64,000 nt of DNA from a virus. A model generated the notes under the pieces. The model had not been told where the DNA came from. It did no database searches and saw nothing but the letters and a program-made list of their open reading frames with translations. The stretch lies in the IMG/VR virus record IMGVR_UViG_3300008107_000012, one strand, 5' to 3'. The translations under genes were made by a program, and so were the position numbers. Position 1 is the stretch's first letter; each line of letters starts with the position of its first letter. This document shows positions 27,701-37,175 of the stretch, piece by piece.

Positions 27701-30700
27701 GATATACCAAGTTATGGAAATTCCAGATCATCCGATTATATTGATTTAAGACCTAGAGTTTCCGCCTTTACTTCTAGTTCGTATTCACCATTTGAATTTT
27801 CAGCAAGACGTTTTGATGGAGAAGGTCAATATTCAAAATATACATTATGTCCAGATGAAAATATTATAATATCATATTCCTATTACTTGCCTAGAACTGA
27901 TTTATTATACTTAACTCCGGGAGGAAACTTTGAGGTTGCCAAGGGAACTCCAAATGAAATTCCAGTTGCTCCAAATCTACCAACAAATACTTTAGATATC
28001 GCAAGAATAACTATTCCACCATATCTATTTAATGTTGAAAATATAAAAGTCGATATATCTCAGCATAAGAGGTATAGAATGAGTGATATATCACTTTTAG
28101 AGGATAGGGTTGATAGACTAGAAAAATATACTACTTTATCAATGTTGGAATCTAAAACTGAAAGTTATTTAATAAAAGATGCTGCAACTGGATTAGATAG
28201 ATTTAAGAGTGGTTTCTTTGTTGATAATTTTAGCTCTCACGTATATCACGATTTAGAAAATCCATTATTTAGATGTTCTATTGACACTAGTTCAAATACT
28301 CTTAGACCTCCACATTATACCACATCATTAGATCTTCAACTCGGTACAGAATCTATTAATGGATTTACTGATGAATATTCTTCAAATTCCGATCAAAGTT
28401 ATCCAACTAACTTAGGATCAACTCAGGTTAGAAAAACCGGAGATTTAATCACTCTAAATTATAATGAAATATTATATTCATATCAGAATCTTGCATCAAC
28501 TACTGAAAATGTAAACCCTTATATTGTTGGTTATTGGGAGGGATCTATTACACTTAGACCCAGTTTTGAAAATTGGATTGAAGAAAAACTGGTTACCATA
28601 GAAAGTAAAGTAGATAAAACTTATACAAATGGAGTTACTATTCCCGGATCAAATACTGGTTTAAATAACTCTGATAATATACCAGTTTATAACAATTCAC
28701 CAAGTCATAATCAAGGAATTCCTGCTTTTGATTGGATTGCAAATGCCAAAGATGTGTTTGGAGATACACTTTTATTAGGAAGACATTCTAAACTTAATAG
28801 AAAGGGTAGTTCAATCTATACAGCATGGAAGCGTAATAAGCATCTTGGAATTGGAAGTAAATACAATAGAAAATCAATAGAACTAATTTCTCGTGATTTG
28901 GTTGATAGGAAATTAAGTTCCGGAATCGTGAATGGAAATACCATTCATATGGAATGGAACAAAAAAGTTCGCAATGCTGATGCTTTCTTTGATATTGTAA
29001 ATAAAGTTTTTCCACCAGATATAGCAAAAGATTTTCGTAGAAGAATTGAGACCTCTAGGACAAAGAAAAAACAAATTATTTCTGCAGAATATACTCCAAA
29101 TCAAGGTACTGGAATTAATCCTAATACCAATATAGGTGCAGGTAATGGTACTGGATCCGGATCAAACTCTGGTGGAGGATCTATCGCAAATGATGGAATA
29201 ACTATTATTGAAACAACGGAAACTACAGAATCAAATTACACCGAACAAATCAATTATTTGAGAAGTAGAAATATTGAATTTGATATTACTGCATTAAAGC
29301 CAAGAACCAAATTTACCCCATTCTTTGAGTATGTGGATGTTTCTAGTTACATTATACCAAAGCTTCTTGAAATTAAAATGGTTTCTGGAGCATTCCAAAT
29401 TGGAGAAACTGTAGAGAGTGACCCTCATTTTACTAGTTCTTTTATTAAGTTTAAGTTATGTGTACCTAATCATAAAACTGGAGCACATAACTTACCCCAG
29501 GAAACATACACATTAAATCCATATAATCAAACTTTATTCGAGACTGCATATTCACAATCTTCAACAGTATTAAATGTTGATACAAGATCTTTACAATTAA
29601 CTACTGAAGATTTTTATGGATCGGTCTCACCTGGAATGACTTTAAGAGGAAAATCTTCTGGTGCGGTTGCAAAAATTACTGAGGTTCGTCTAATTTCAGA
29701 TAATTCGGGAAGATTAATAGGTTCTCTCTTCATTCCAGATCCATCTGTAGTTGGAAATCCAAAATGGACTAATGGAGAAAACACTTTTAATGTAGTTGAC
29801 ACTGATAGTAGTGCATCTACACAGTTTACTTCTTCAGGAAGACTTGATGTTACTGAAAGAAATATTGTTACTACTAGAAATATTATTATAAGACCAACTC
29901 CACCCCCACCCCCAACTCCTACACCTACCCCAACTCCTACACCTACCCCAAGACCAACTCCTACACCAATAACTCCAGTTATTCCTGATACTCCTACTCC
30001 TGTTATTCCTGTCGAACCAGAACCACCAATACCTCCAGTAGGTCCTACTGTATCAAATATTGATGCTTATTGGGATATTAGTAGCCCAAGCTCCGGTAGA
30101 TATACTGTTGATCTTGTTGTAACAGGAACAGGAACTGCTAGAATTTCTATTAGGCAAAAAATTGATGACGATCCAAATGTTGCAGGTCAAATATATAGAA
30201 ATCCACTCAGAATACCTTCACCAATATCCGATACCCTCTCATTCCCATGGAAATCTTCTGAAGATGTAACTAAGGATGCTAAATTTACCCCAGGTAGATA
30301 TAGAATATTTACTATCAATGCAAAAGGAGAAAAAATAACAGAAATTCCATTTCAAAAATCACCGCAATATGGTAGAACTGATGATGGTGATAGGAATAAA
30401 AGAGTATTGATACTTAGAGATGGTTCTGGTAATGATACTAATGGAAGTTTTAGAATTACACGTATAGAACAACTTCCAATTAGTCAAAATGCAAATCCTA
30501 ATTTCTGTAGAACTGATCCTCTCGCACAATCATTCTTTGTTGATGATGAAACTGGAATATTTGTAACTTCTGTTGATGTATTTTTTGAAACTAAGGATGA
30601 AAGTGTTCCTGTTACTTTACAACTTCGTCCAATGATTGCTGGTGTTCCAAGTAATGTAGTAATTCCATTCTCTGAGGTTACTTTAGATCCTGATGCGGTG

Positions 30701-33010
30701 ACTGTATCTGCAGATGGAAGCATTGCGACTAGATTTGAATTCCCATCTCCAGTATATCTTTCCGGTCCACAAAAACAGGTCACTAGATTTGGAGATTTTG
30801 AAAAGGACCAGTCTTCAGAATATTCTATTGTTTTACTGTCTAATAGTCCAAATTATAGAGTTTTCATTTCCCGTCTAGGTGAAGTAGATATTTCTACGCA
30901 AAATAGAATATCTACTCAACCAACACTAGGAAGTTTATTTAAATCCCAAAATGCTACTACTTGGACTCCTTCTCAGTTAGAAGATCTTAAATATAACCTA
31001 TATCGTGCTTCCTTTGGCACTGAAGGTCTTGTCAGATTCTTTAATCCAAAACTCTCTGTAGGAAATCAAAAATCTACGGTGACTTCTGTAAACAGTTTTA
31101 TCCCACTATCAAAGACAATTATTGTTGGATTGGGATCTACTGGATATAACACCACCAATGTAATCCCTGGAGTTACCCTATCTCAGGGATCAGCAACAGG
31201 AAAACTTATTGGAATTGGTGCAAGTGCTAATCAAGCAATAGTATCAAATGTTGGAATTGGTTATAGTATTGGAACTTACACCAGCATTTCACTTGAAACT
31301 GAGACAGGTTATGGAAGAGGAGCATTAGCAACAATTGGAATTACTACTGTAGGAATATCTACTGTTACTATTACTTCGGGTGGATTTGGATACAGAATTG
31401 GAGACAGTGTAAAAATTCCAAGAATTCAAAATCTTGGGTATGGTGGTAGAGCAACTATTACATCAATAGGATCAAGCAACACATTCATTATTGATGAAGT
31501 TCAGGGAACATTTAATTCTGGAATTTCAACAATTAATTATATTGATTCTTCCGGAATTACAACTCAAACAGGAATTGGTGTTACAATATCTTCCATATTT
31601 GAAGATCAATACAATGATGGTCTTCATATGAAAGTTCTTCATATGAATCATGGAATGCATTCTACGGAGAATTATGTTAAAATTGACCAATTTAGACCAA
31701 CTTCAGATGAAGTTAATTCTGCCTTACTTGAAGAAGTTTTAGTTGATGATACTACAATTACATTACAATCTGGTGCGGGGATTGGATTTACTTATTTTGA
31801 AGGATCTGCGGTAAGTGCATCAAATCCTGGATATGTAATTATTGGCAATGAGATTATTGGATATACTTCAGTTTCTGGAGATATTCTCGTTTCTTCTTCC
31901 ACATTAAGAGGAATTGATGAAACATCAATCGAGTCATATGCTATTGGTTCTCCTGTATTTAAATATGAATTTAATGGAATCTCTTTGAGAAGAATTAATA
32001 AAGTTCATAATTTTGCTGAAGTCGATGTAAATAATCATCCTATAGATCTCCATAGTTATTATATTAAGATTGATACAAGTGATACTGATTTTGATGGTGT
32101 TGGCATAGGGTCAAATCGATCAAATAATCTATATTTTAAGAAAACTACTCAATCAGGAAGAGCTGGAACTATTTTATCAAATAATATTCAATATGAAGTT
32201 CTAGCACCAAAGATTAATAGTATTACCCCAGCTGGATCTGATATGACTTCTAGAATAAGAACATTTACGGGGACGAGTATTGGTGGAAATGAAAAATCTT
32301 TTGTTGATGCCGGATACCAAGATCTCCCATTAAATGCTAGACTTTATTTCCAATCTCCAAGGATTATTTGTTCAGATATTAATGAGCAAAAGTTTATTAC
32401 AGAATCTCCAGAAAGAAGATCATTTAGTATGGATGTCATTATGACATCCACCGATGAAAGAATTTCTCCCGTAATTGATCTTGTTCCACCACCATCTTTA
32501 ATATTAACTTCAAATTTACTGAATAACCCCGTTGGTTTAGAAGATGTCTCATTATATGCAACTGATGAAAAGGTAAGAGGAACTGAAAATGATCCGCATT
32601 CTGCAGTTTATGTTTCAAAACCAATCAATTTAGCAATCCCAGCAAATTCCATTAAGGTTATTCTTTCTGCCAATAAAAATGAAACTAATGACATTAGAGT
32701 TTTATATAAGATTTATAGACCAGACGCAACATTTGATGAAGAAAGTTATGAATTATTCCCAGGTTATTCAAATTATAAATTGAATGGAGTTGGAAATACT
32801 GTAATTGATCTTTCATTAAGTGATGGATCTTCAGATTTGTTTGTTAAAGAATCAAATGATGGAGAATTTAAGGAATACAATTATACTATTGATGGATTGC
32901 CAGACTTTACTGCATTTGCAATTAAAATTGTTATGATAGGAACAAATCAGGCTTCCCCACCTCTAGTTTCTCAATTGAGAGCAATTGCAACTGCACTACC
33001 TAGGATTTAA
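24725..33010 (+). CDS. VrlC-like (DUF4815-type) large virion/baseplate protein
   Basis: NLNVSPYFDDF, QARELT.LQSILQNQ, APGADRLKI, DRFKSGFFVDNF, DPLAQSF motifs. Confidence 0.85.
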   Translation: MPQETNLNVSPYFDDFDPEKNYHKVLFKPGYPIQARELTTLQSILQNQIEQQGKHLFQEGSVVIPGKVRIDSPLSAVEIESTYIGTPVSLYFDKLLGKKLKGSSSGVLAEVVYTLRSVDSQRNNFTLYLKYLECGGPQLENKTFFDGETLILQSSLTYGELGFTIQSGEGICNTISNNSNSFGSSAIVSDGVYFARGHFVSVKEQRILLDQYSSSPSYKIGFNVVESIVSSDDDSSLLDNAKGFSNYTAPGADRLKIELILEKKGILESSDNFIEIIRIENGNPIFKKESTQYSLIRDELARRTYDESGDYFVRPFTVFVRDTLNDRTRTDGLYYKNQLTSTGVAPSDDLMIYQIGPGKAYVNGYDIEKISSTEVIVEKPRTTKTIENEVLRYDAGTSLVLNRGYGSPVVGLGTTSYVELKDSRIGVSSHSASGNTIGVARVYDFVPETDYVNNTSRLNVRLFDIQTYTKVGLTTNISSLSTPALIRGKKSKASGYLSSSISNSRILTLYNVSGSFLENEPISINGIDDGRLINEVIDYNITDIKSIYSTTGISTFNADVVLSQKTPIAPLGTKFKITGSSSGISTVSAGIDVVFTNQIKVGDIVSYASTTLTGDTIYNKVESVSNDGLSFNISGITTISGICNGSLPSSTVEVNNIIKVFGLSDSTNSSLMTKLRFENISNVNLENQEILQRRSFNNISFSGNFIRLTITEPDLYFASFDEDRFIITYSDGIIEPMRIDKYDLDTTGKILTFYGLTKASGTANVITTVRNVKPSYKIKKLNKASTLVVNKSIKTSSGIGTTTLNDGLTYSNVYGLRVQDQEICLNVPDVVRVVAVFESTNSQDPTLPKIQLTGFTGSFNSNQDFIIGEQIIGESSGAVALVVNRSASDSLEYVYLNDSQFTVEERITGEQSSNSAIITSVILTSSKDITQNFYLDDGQRPSFYDYGRIIRKENTENPIGKLKIVFQNYTIDSGDTGELIIVNSYPADGFKYDIPSYGNSRSSDYIDLRPRVSAFTSSSYSPFEFSARRFDGEGQYSKYTLCPDENIIISYSYYLPRTDLLYLTPGGNFEVAKGTPNEIPVAPNLPTNTLDIARITIPPYLFNVENIKVDISQHKRYRMSDISLLEDRVDRLEKYTTLSMLESKTESYLIKDAATGLDRFKSGFFVDNFSSHVYHDLENPLFRCSIDTSSNTLRPPHYTTSLDLQLGTESINGFTDEYSSNSDQSYPTNLGSTQVRKTGDLITLNYNEILYSYQNLASTTENVNPYIVGYWEGSITLRPSFENWIEEKLVTIESKVDKTYTNGVTIPGSNTGLNNSDNIPVYNNSPSHNQGIPAFDWIANAKDVFGDTLLLGRHSKLNRKGSSIYTAWKRNKHLGIGSKYNRKSIELISRDLVDRKLSSGIVNGNTIHMEWNKKVRNADAFFDIVNKVFPPDIAKDFRRRIETSRTKKKQIISAEYTPNQGTGINPNTNIGAGNGTGSGSNSGGGSIANDGITIIETTETTESNYTEQINYLRSRNIEFDITALKPRTKFTPFFEYVDVSSYIIPKLLEIKMVSGAFQIGETVESDPHFTSSFIKFKLCVPNHKTGAHNLPQETYTLNPYNQTLFETAYSQSSTVLNVDTRSLQLTTEDFYGSVSPGMTLRGKSSGAVAKITEVRLISDNSGRLIGSLFIPDPSVVGNPKWTNGENTFNVVDTDSSASTQFTSSGRLDVTERNIVTTRNIIIRPTPPPPPTPTPTPTPTPTPRPTPTPITPVIPDTPTPVIPVEPEPPIPPVGPTVSNIDAYWDISSPSSGRYTVDLVVTGTGTARISIRQKIDDDPNVAGQIYRNPLRIPSPISDTLSFPWKSSEDVTKDAKFTPGRYRIFTINAKGEKITEIPFQKSPQYGRTDDGDRNKRVLILRDGSGNDTNGSFRITRIEQLPISQNANPNFCRTDPLAQSFFVDDETGIFVTSVDVFFETKDESVPVTLQLRPMIAGVPSNVVIPFSEVTLDPDAVTVSADGSIATRFEFPSPVYLSGPQKQVTRFGDFEKDQSSEYSIVLLSNSPNYRVFISRLGEVDISTQNRISTQPTLGSLFKSQNATTWTPSQLEDLKYNLYRASFGTEGLVRFFNPKLSVGNQKSTVTSVNSFIPLSKTIIVGLGSTGYNTTNVIPGVTLSQGSATGKLIGIGASANQAIVSNVGIGYSIGTYTSISLETETGYGRGALATIGITTVGISTVTITSGGFGYRIGDSVKIPRIQNLGYGGRATITSIGSSNTFIIDEVQGTFNSGISTINYIDSSGITTQTGIGVTISSIFEDQYNDGLHMKVLHMNHGMHSTENYVKIDQFRPTSDEVNSALLEEVLVDDTTITLQSGAGIGFTYFEGSAVSASNPGYVIIGNEIIGYTSVSGDILVSSSTLRGIDETSIESYAIGSPVFKYEFNGISLRRINKVHNFAEVDVNNHPIDLHSYYIKIDTSDTDFDGVGIGSNRSNNLYFKKTTQSGRAGTILSNNIQYEVLAPKINSITPAGSDMTSRIRTFTGTSIGGNEKSFVDAGYQDLPLNARLYFQSPRIICSDINEQKFITESPERRSFSMDVIMTSTDERISPVIDLVPPPSLILTSNLLNNPVGLEDVSLYATDEKVRGTENDPHSAVYVSKPINLAIPANSIKVILSANKNETNDIRVLYKIYRPDATFDEESYELFPGYSNYKLNGVGNTVIDLSLSDGSSDLFVKESNDGEFKEYNYTIDGLPDFTAFAIKIVMIGTNQASPPLVSQLRAIATALPRI
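29894..30046 (+). repeat. Pro/Thr-rich hinge with an 18-bp tandem repeat (CCAACTCCTACACCTACC)
   Basis: Encodes PTPPPPPTPTPTPTPTPTPRPTP... Confidence 0.85.
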
Positions 33011-33015
33011 TTTTT

Positions 33016-33240
33016 ATGAATCATATAAAAGTAAAGGATAAAAATAACTTATCCAGAGATATCAGTACCAATGCTATTATTAGTACTGATATGAAAGGTT
33101 ATAATGAATACAAAGAAAATTACAAAAGACTGTATAATCAAAATCAAAGACTCAATGATCTTGAAAATAATGTGAATGAAATTAAAAGTGATTTGGGTGA
33201 AATTAAAAACTTACTGAGGAATTTGGCAAATGGATCCTGA
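33016..33240 (+). CDS. Cyanophage-type small coiled-coil protein
   Basis: L.RD..TNAII; C-terminal coiled coil. Confidence 0.8.
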   Translation: MNHIKVKDKNNLSRDISTNAIISTDMKGYNEYKENYKRLYNQNQRLNDLENNVNEIKSDLGEIKNLLRNLANGS

Positions 33241-33400
33241 TAAAATCTCTCTAGAAACAATGACAAAAATGTTTGAATATGAAAAACTATCTAGAGATAT
33301 AGATAGTATAAGTGATATTGAAACTTTGAGAGAACTTGCAAAATCATACATTAAACTATATTTTAGTCAACAAGAAGTAATTTCTAGTCTTAGAATCTAA
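33230..33400 (+). CDS. 56-aa NblA-like (phycobilisome degradation) candidate
   Basis: MDPDKISLETMTKMFEYEKLSRDIDSISDIETLRELAKSYIKLYFSQQEVISSLRI; GAGG RBS; TAATG coupling to gp13. ORF is solid, NblA assignment tentative. Confidence 0.5.
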   Translation: MDPDKISLETMTKMFEYEKLSRDIDSISDIETLRELAKSYIKLYFSQQEVISSLRI

Positions 33401-34254
33401 TGGCACAACCATCTACCCGACAAGAATTAATTGATTACTGCAAGAGAAAACTTGGTGCTCCAGTTTTAGAAATAAATGTTGCAGATGAGCAAATTGAAGA
33501 TTTGGTAGATGATGCAATTCAATTTTTTCAAGAGAGACATTTTGATGGGGTATACCCAACTTTTTACAAATATAAAGTAACCCAGAATGATATTGATAGG
33601 GGTAGAGCAGGTTATGGAGGAAGTTCAACTACTTCTGCTGGAATTTCAACTACAACAGTGACATCAAATATAGTTGGAACTGCTACAACATTTACATACT
33701 ATGAAAATAGTAATTATTTGCAGATGCCTCCTAACATTATTGGGGTAAATAAAATTTTTACCTTTGACGGAGCAAATACAATTACCCATAATATGTTTAG
33801 TGTTAAATATCAGTTATTTTTGAATGATATTTACTATTGGGGAACTACAGAACTTTTAAGTTATGCTATGGTTAAAACATATTTGGAAGATTTGGATTTC
33901 CTTTTAAATACACATAAACAAATACGATTTAACAAAAGACAAGATAGATTATATTTAGATATAGACTGGGGATCTGTAACTAAAGATCAATATTTTGTAA
34001 TAGATTGTTATTCAACATTAGATCCAAATGATTATTCTAGAGTTTGGAATGATTCCTTTCTAAAACCATACTTAACTTCATTGATCAAGAAGCAATGGGG
34101 TCAGAATATGATGAAATTTACTGGAGTAAAACTTCCAGGTGGAGTTGAGCTAAACGGTAGACAAATGTACGATGATGCTCAAAGAGAAATTGACATTTTA
34201 ATGGAGAAAATGTCAAGCACTTACGAACTTCCACCTCTAGATATGATAGGTTAA
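33400..34254 (+). CDS. gp13: Neck protein gp13
   Basis: RKLGAPVLEINV, KKQWGQN..KF.GV.LPGGV.LNG. Confidence 0.93.
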   Translation: MAQPSTRQELIDYCKRKLGAPVLEINVADEQIEDLVDDAIQFFQERHFDGVYPTFYKYKVTQNDIDRGRAGYGGSSTTSAGISTTTVTSNIVGTATTFTYYENSNYLQMPPNIIGVNKIFTFDGANTITHNMFSVKYQLFLNDIYYWGTTELLSYAMVKTYLEDLDFLLNTHKQIRFNKRQDRLYLDIDWGSVTKDQYFVIDCYSTLDPNDYSRVWNDSFLKPYLTSLIKKQWGQNMMKFTGVKLPGGVELNGRQMYDDAQREIDILMEKMSSTYELPPLDMIG

Positions 34255-34258
34255 TCAT

Positions 34259-35680
34259 ATGCTTAATCCTTTTTTTCTTCAAGGATCAAAAACAGAGCAA
34301 AGTTTAATACAAGATCTTATCAACGAACAGTTGAGAATGTATGGCATTGAAGTTCATTATTTGCCAAGGCAATATATTACTGAAAAAACAGTTATAAGAG
34401 AAGTTATTGAATCCGAATTCAACAATGCATATCCAATAGAGGCATATGTAAATACTTATGAAGGTTATTCGGACAATCCAACTATTTTATCAAAATTTGG
34501 AATACAGGCTCTTAATGAAATAACACTAACGATATCTAGAGAAAGATTTAAAACTTATATTTCTCCATTACTTCAAAATCAACCAAATATTAAGTTATCG
34601 TCAAGACCTAAAGAAGGGGATTTAGTTTATTTTCCATTAGGAAAAAGATTGTTTGAAATAAAGTATGTAGAACACGAAAAACCTTTTTATCAACTTCAAG
34701 GTTTATATACTTATGAATTAAGATGCGAATTATTCCAATATGAAGATGAATTAATTGATACTGGAATTACTGACATTGATGACTTAGGTGATACTGATGA
34801 AAATGGAACTGGTATTTCTACATCATTTAATCCTTATGGAAATATTACAAATCTTACAATGGTCGGATTTGGTATTACTGCAACTGCAAGTTCTTCTATC
34901 GTAAATGGTGGTGTAAGATTTATAACAGTAACTAATAGAGGAGGAGGTTATACAAGCACTCCTTTAGTAGGATTGTCTTCCGCACCATCAGGTGGTCAAA
35001 CTGCAAGTGCAGTTGCTGAAATGATTGGGGGTATTGTTGTATGTAATGACAACGTAAATCCCCAAGCAAAATCAGTACAAAGAGTTCAAATTGTAAATGC
35101 TGGTTATGGATACACTGTAACTCCGGGTGTTAGATTTATTGGAGGTGGTGGCAGAGGAGCAACAGCTACTGCAACAATTGGTGATGGAATAGTTGGAATT
35201 ATCACGGTAACAAATTCAGGATCTGGTTATGTAATCCCCCCTTCAATCACATTTACTGGCATATCTTCAGTTTCTGCTGCCGCAACTGCATTAATATCTG
35301 CTTCAGGAAATATTAGTGCAATTTATATTACAAATGCAGGTCTTGGATATTCAGTGCCTCCAAGCATTACAATATCAGCACCATCATTAAATTCTACAGG
35401 AAACTTTATCTTTAATGAAGTGGTGACTGGTTCTCAGAGTGGTGTAACTGCGAGAGTTAAATCTTGGAACTCTGTAACTAATGTTTTACAAGTTTCTCAG
35501 GTTAATGGCAGTTTTATTCCTGGAGAAAATATAGTTGGATCTGCATCAAGTGCATCTCATTACTTGCGTTCTATAGATGTATATGCCGCAAGAGATGGTT
35601 ATAATGATAATGAAAATATTGAAGAAGAAGCAGATCAGATAATAGATTTTAGTGAGGTTAATCCATTTGGAATGCCATAG
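34259..35680 (+). CDS. gp14: Neck protein gp14 with inserted beta-repeat region
   Basis: EQSLIQDLINE, RPKEGDL.YFP, DFSE.NPFG. Confidence 0.9.
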   Translation: MLNPFFLQGSKTEQSLIQDLINEQLRMYGIEVHYLPRQYITEKTVIREVIESEFNNAYPIEAYVNTYEGYSDNPTILSKFGIQALNEITLTISRERFKTYISPLLQNQPNIKLSSRPKEGDLVYFPLGKRLFEIKYVEHEKPFYQLQGLYTYELRCELFQYEDELIDTGITDIDDLGDTDENGTGISTSFNPYGNITNLTMVGFGITATASSSIVNGGVRFITVTNRGGGYTSTPLVGLSSAPSGGQTASAVAEMIGGIVVCNDNVNPQAKSVQRVQIVNAGYGYTVTPGVRFIGGGGRGATATATIGDGIVGIITVTNSGSGYVIPPSITFTGISSVSAAATALISASGNISAIYITNAGLGYSVPPSITISAPSLNSTGNFIFNEVVTGSQSGVTARVKSWNSVTNVLQVSQVNGSFIPGENIVGSASSASHYLRSIDVYAARDGYNDNENIEEEADQIIDFSEVNPFGMP

Positions 35681-35716
35681 ATATATAAATACTAATTAAG
35701 CAAATGAGTTAATTGT

Positions 35717-36718
35717 ATGTTTGAATACTTTTATCACGAAATTTTAAGAAAAACTGTTGTATCATTTGGATCTTTATTCAATAATATATCCATCAAACAT
35801 ACAAATAACTCTGACCAAGTTGTAAGTGTAATAAAAGTACCTCTTGCATATGGTCCAACGCAAAAATTTCTTGCTAGACTTAATCAATCTCCAAATTTAA
35901 GTAAACCAATTCAAATAACATTACCAAGAATGTCATTTGAATTTACTGGGTTAACATATGATGCATCAAGAAAAGCAACTACAACTCAATCTTTTTTAGT
36001 AAAGTCTGAAGTTGATGGAACTGATGTAAGAAAAGCATATCTTCCAGTTCCTTATAATATGCAATTTGAACTTAGTATAATGTCTAAGTTAAATGATGAT
36101 GCTCTTCAAATTGTAGAGCAAATTTTGCCATATTTTCAGCCCGCATATACATTGACTGTCGATTTGGTTGATACTATTCGGGAAAAAAGAGATATTCCAG
36201 TTGTATTAGAGAATATCACTATGCAAGATGATTATGAAGGTGATTTTACTACAAGAAGAGTTTTAATATACACTTTAAGATTTACTGCAAAGACTTATCT
36301 GTTTGGTCCAGTTTCTTCTGCCTCCAAAGATATTATCAAGAAGGCATCTGTTGGATTTATTGCTGGAGATGTTACAACCACTCCAACAAGAGAAGTTGTT
36401 TATTCAGCAGAACCAAGAGCTATCAGGAATTACACTGGAATTATACTTACTAATATATCAAATGACATAACAACATCAGATCAACTTATTACGGTAAATG
36501 ATGCCAGTTCCATTTCCGTCAATACTTATGTTGATCTAGATGGAGAAGAGTTACTTGTGTTATCTAAATCTGGAAATACATTAACAGTTGAGAGAGGAAA
36601 AGATGGCACAACAATAACTTCTCACTTGGCAGGAGCACCAATTAAATCTATTACTTCTGCAGATAATGATTTAATAGAAGTTGGTGATGATTTCGGATTT
36701 AGTGGAGAGTTTCTCTGA
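35717..36718 (+). CDS. gp15: Tail sheath stabilizer/terminator gp15
   Basis: YFYHEILRK, VPLAYGP.QKFL, LPRMSFE, EQILPYFQP; late box at 35684-35691. Confidence 0.93.
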   Translation: MFEYFYHEILRKTVVSFGSLFNNISIKHTNNSDQVVSVIKVPLAYGPTQKFLARLNQSPNLSKPIQITLPRMSFEFTGLTYDASRKATTTQSFLVKSEVDGTDVRKAYLPVPYNMQFELSIMSKLNDDALQIVEQILPYFQPAYTLTVDLVDTIREKRDIPVVLENITMQDDYEGDFTTRRVLIYTLRFTAKTYLFGPVSSASKDIIKKASVGFIAGDVTTTPTREVVYSAEPRAIRNYTGIILTNISNDITTSDQLITVNDASSISVNTYVDLDGEELLVLSKSGNTLTVERGKDGTTITSHLAGAPIKSITSADNDLIEVGDDFGFSGEFL

Positions 36719-36724
36719 TAAGTT

Positions 36725-37150
36725 ATGAAAATGACAAAAAAATTTGATAAACTTAATGACACTTTTAATGTAGAAAGTGAGATAGTCCCTGTTAAACCAG
36801 AAAAAGTTTCTGAAGAAATAGAAAAATATTCTGCAACTGCAGATGACATTAAAAAGGATTATGAATATGCAAGAGGAAACTTATATTCTCTAGTAGAAAA
36901 AGGTCAAGAGGCAATTAATGGTATTCTTGAATTAGCTCAAGAAAGTGAAATGCCCCGAGCATATGAAGTTGCAGGACAATTAATAAAAAATACCAGTGAA
37001 ATAGCAGAAAAGTTGATGGCACTTCATAAGATTAAAAAGGACGTTGAAGAAGAAAAACAAAAAGGACCAACTACAGTTAATAATGCTCTTTTTGTTGGTT
37101 CTACCGCAGAATTAGCAAAATTACTTAAACAGCAAACGCAAGAACAATAA
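36725..37150 (+). CDS. gp16: Terminase small subunit gp16
   Basis: DYEYARGNL, PRAYEV, NNALFVGST.EL. Confidence 0.92.
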   Translation: MKMTKKFDKLNDTFNVESEIVPVKPEKVSEEIEKYSATADDIKKDYEYARGNLYSLVEKGQEAINGILELAQESEMPRAYEVAGQLIKNTSEIAEKLMALHKIKKDVEEEKQKGPTTVNNALFVGSTAELAKLLKQQTQEQ

Positions 37151-37175
37151 ATAAATAAAGGTTCTTTTTATATTA

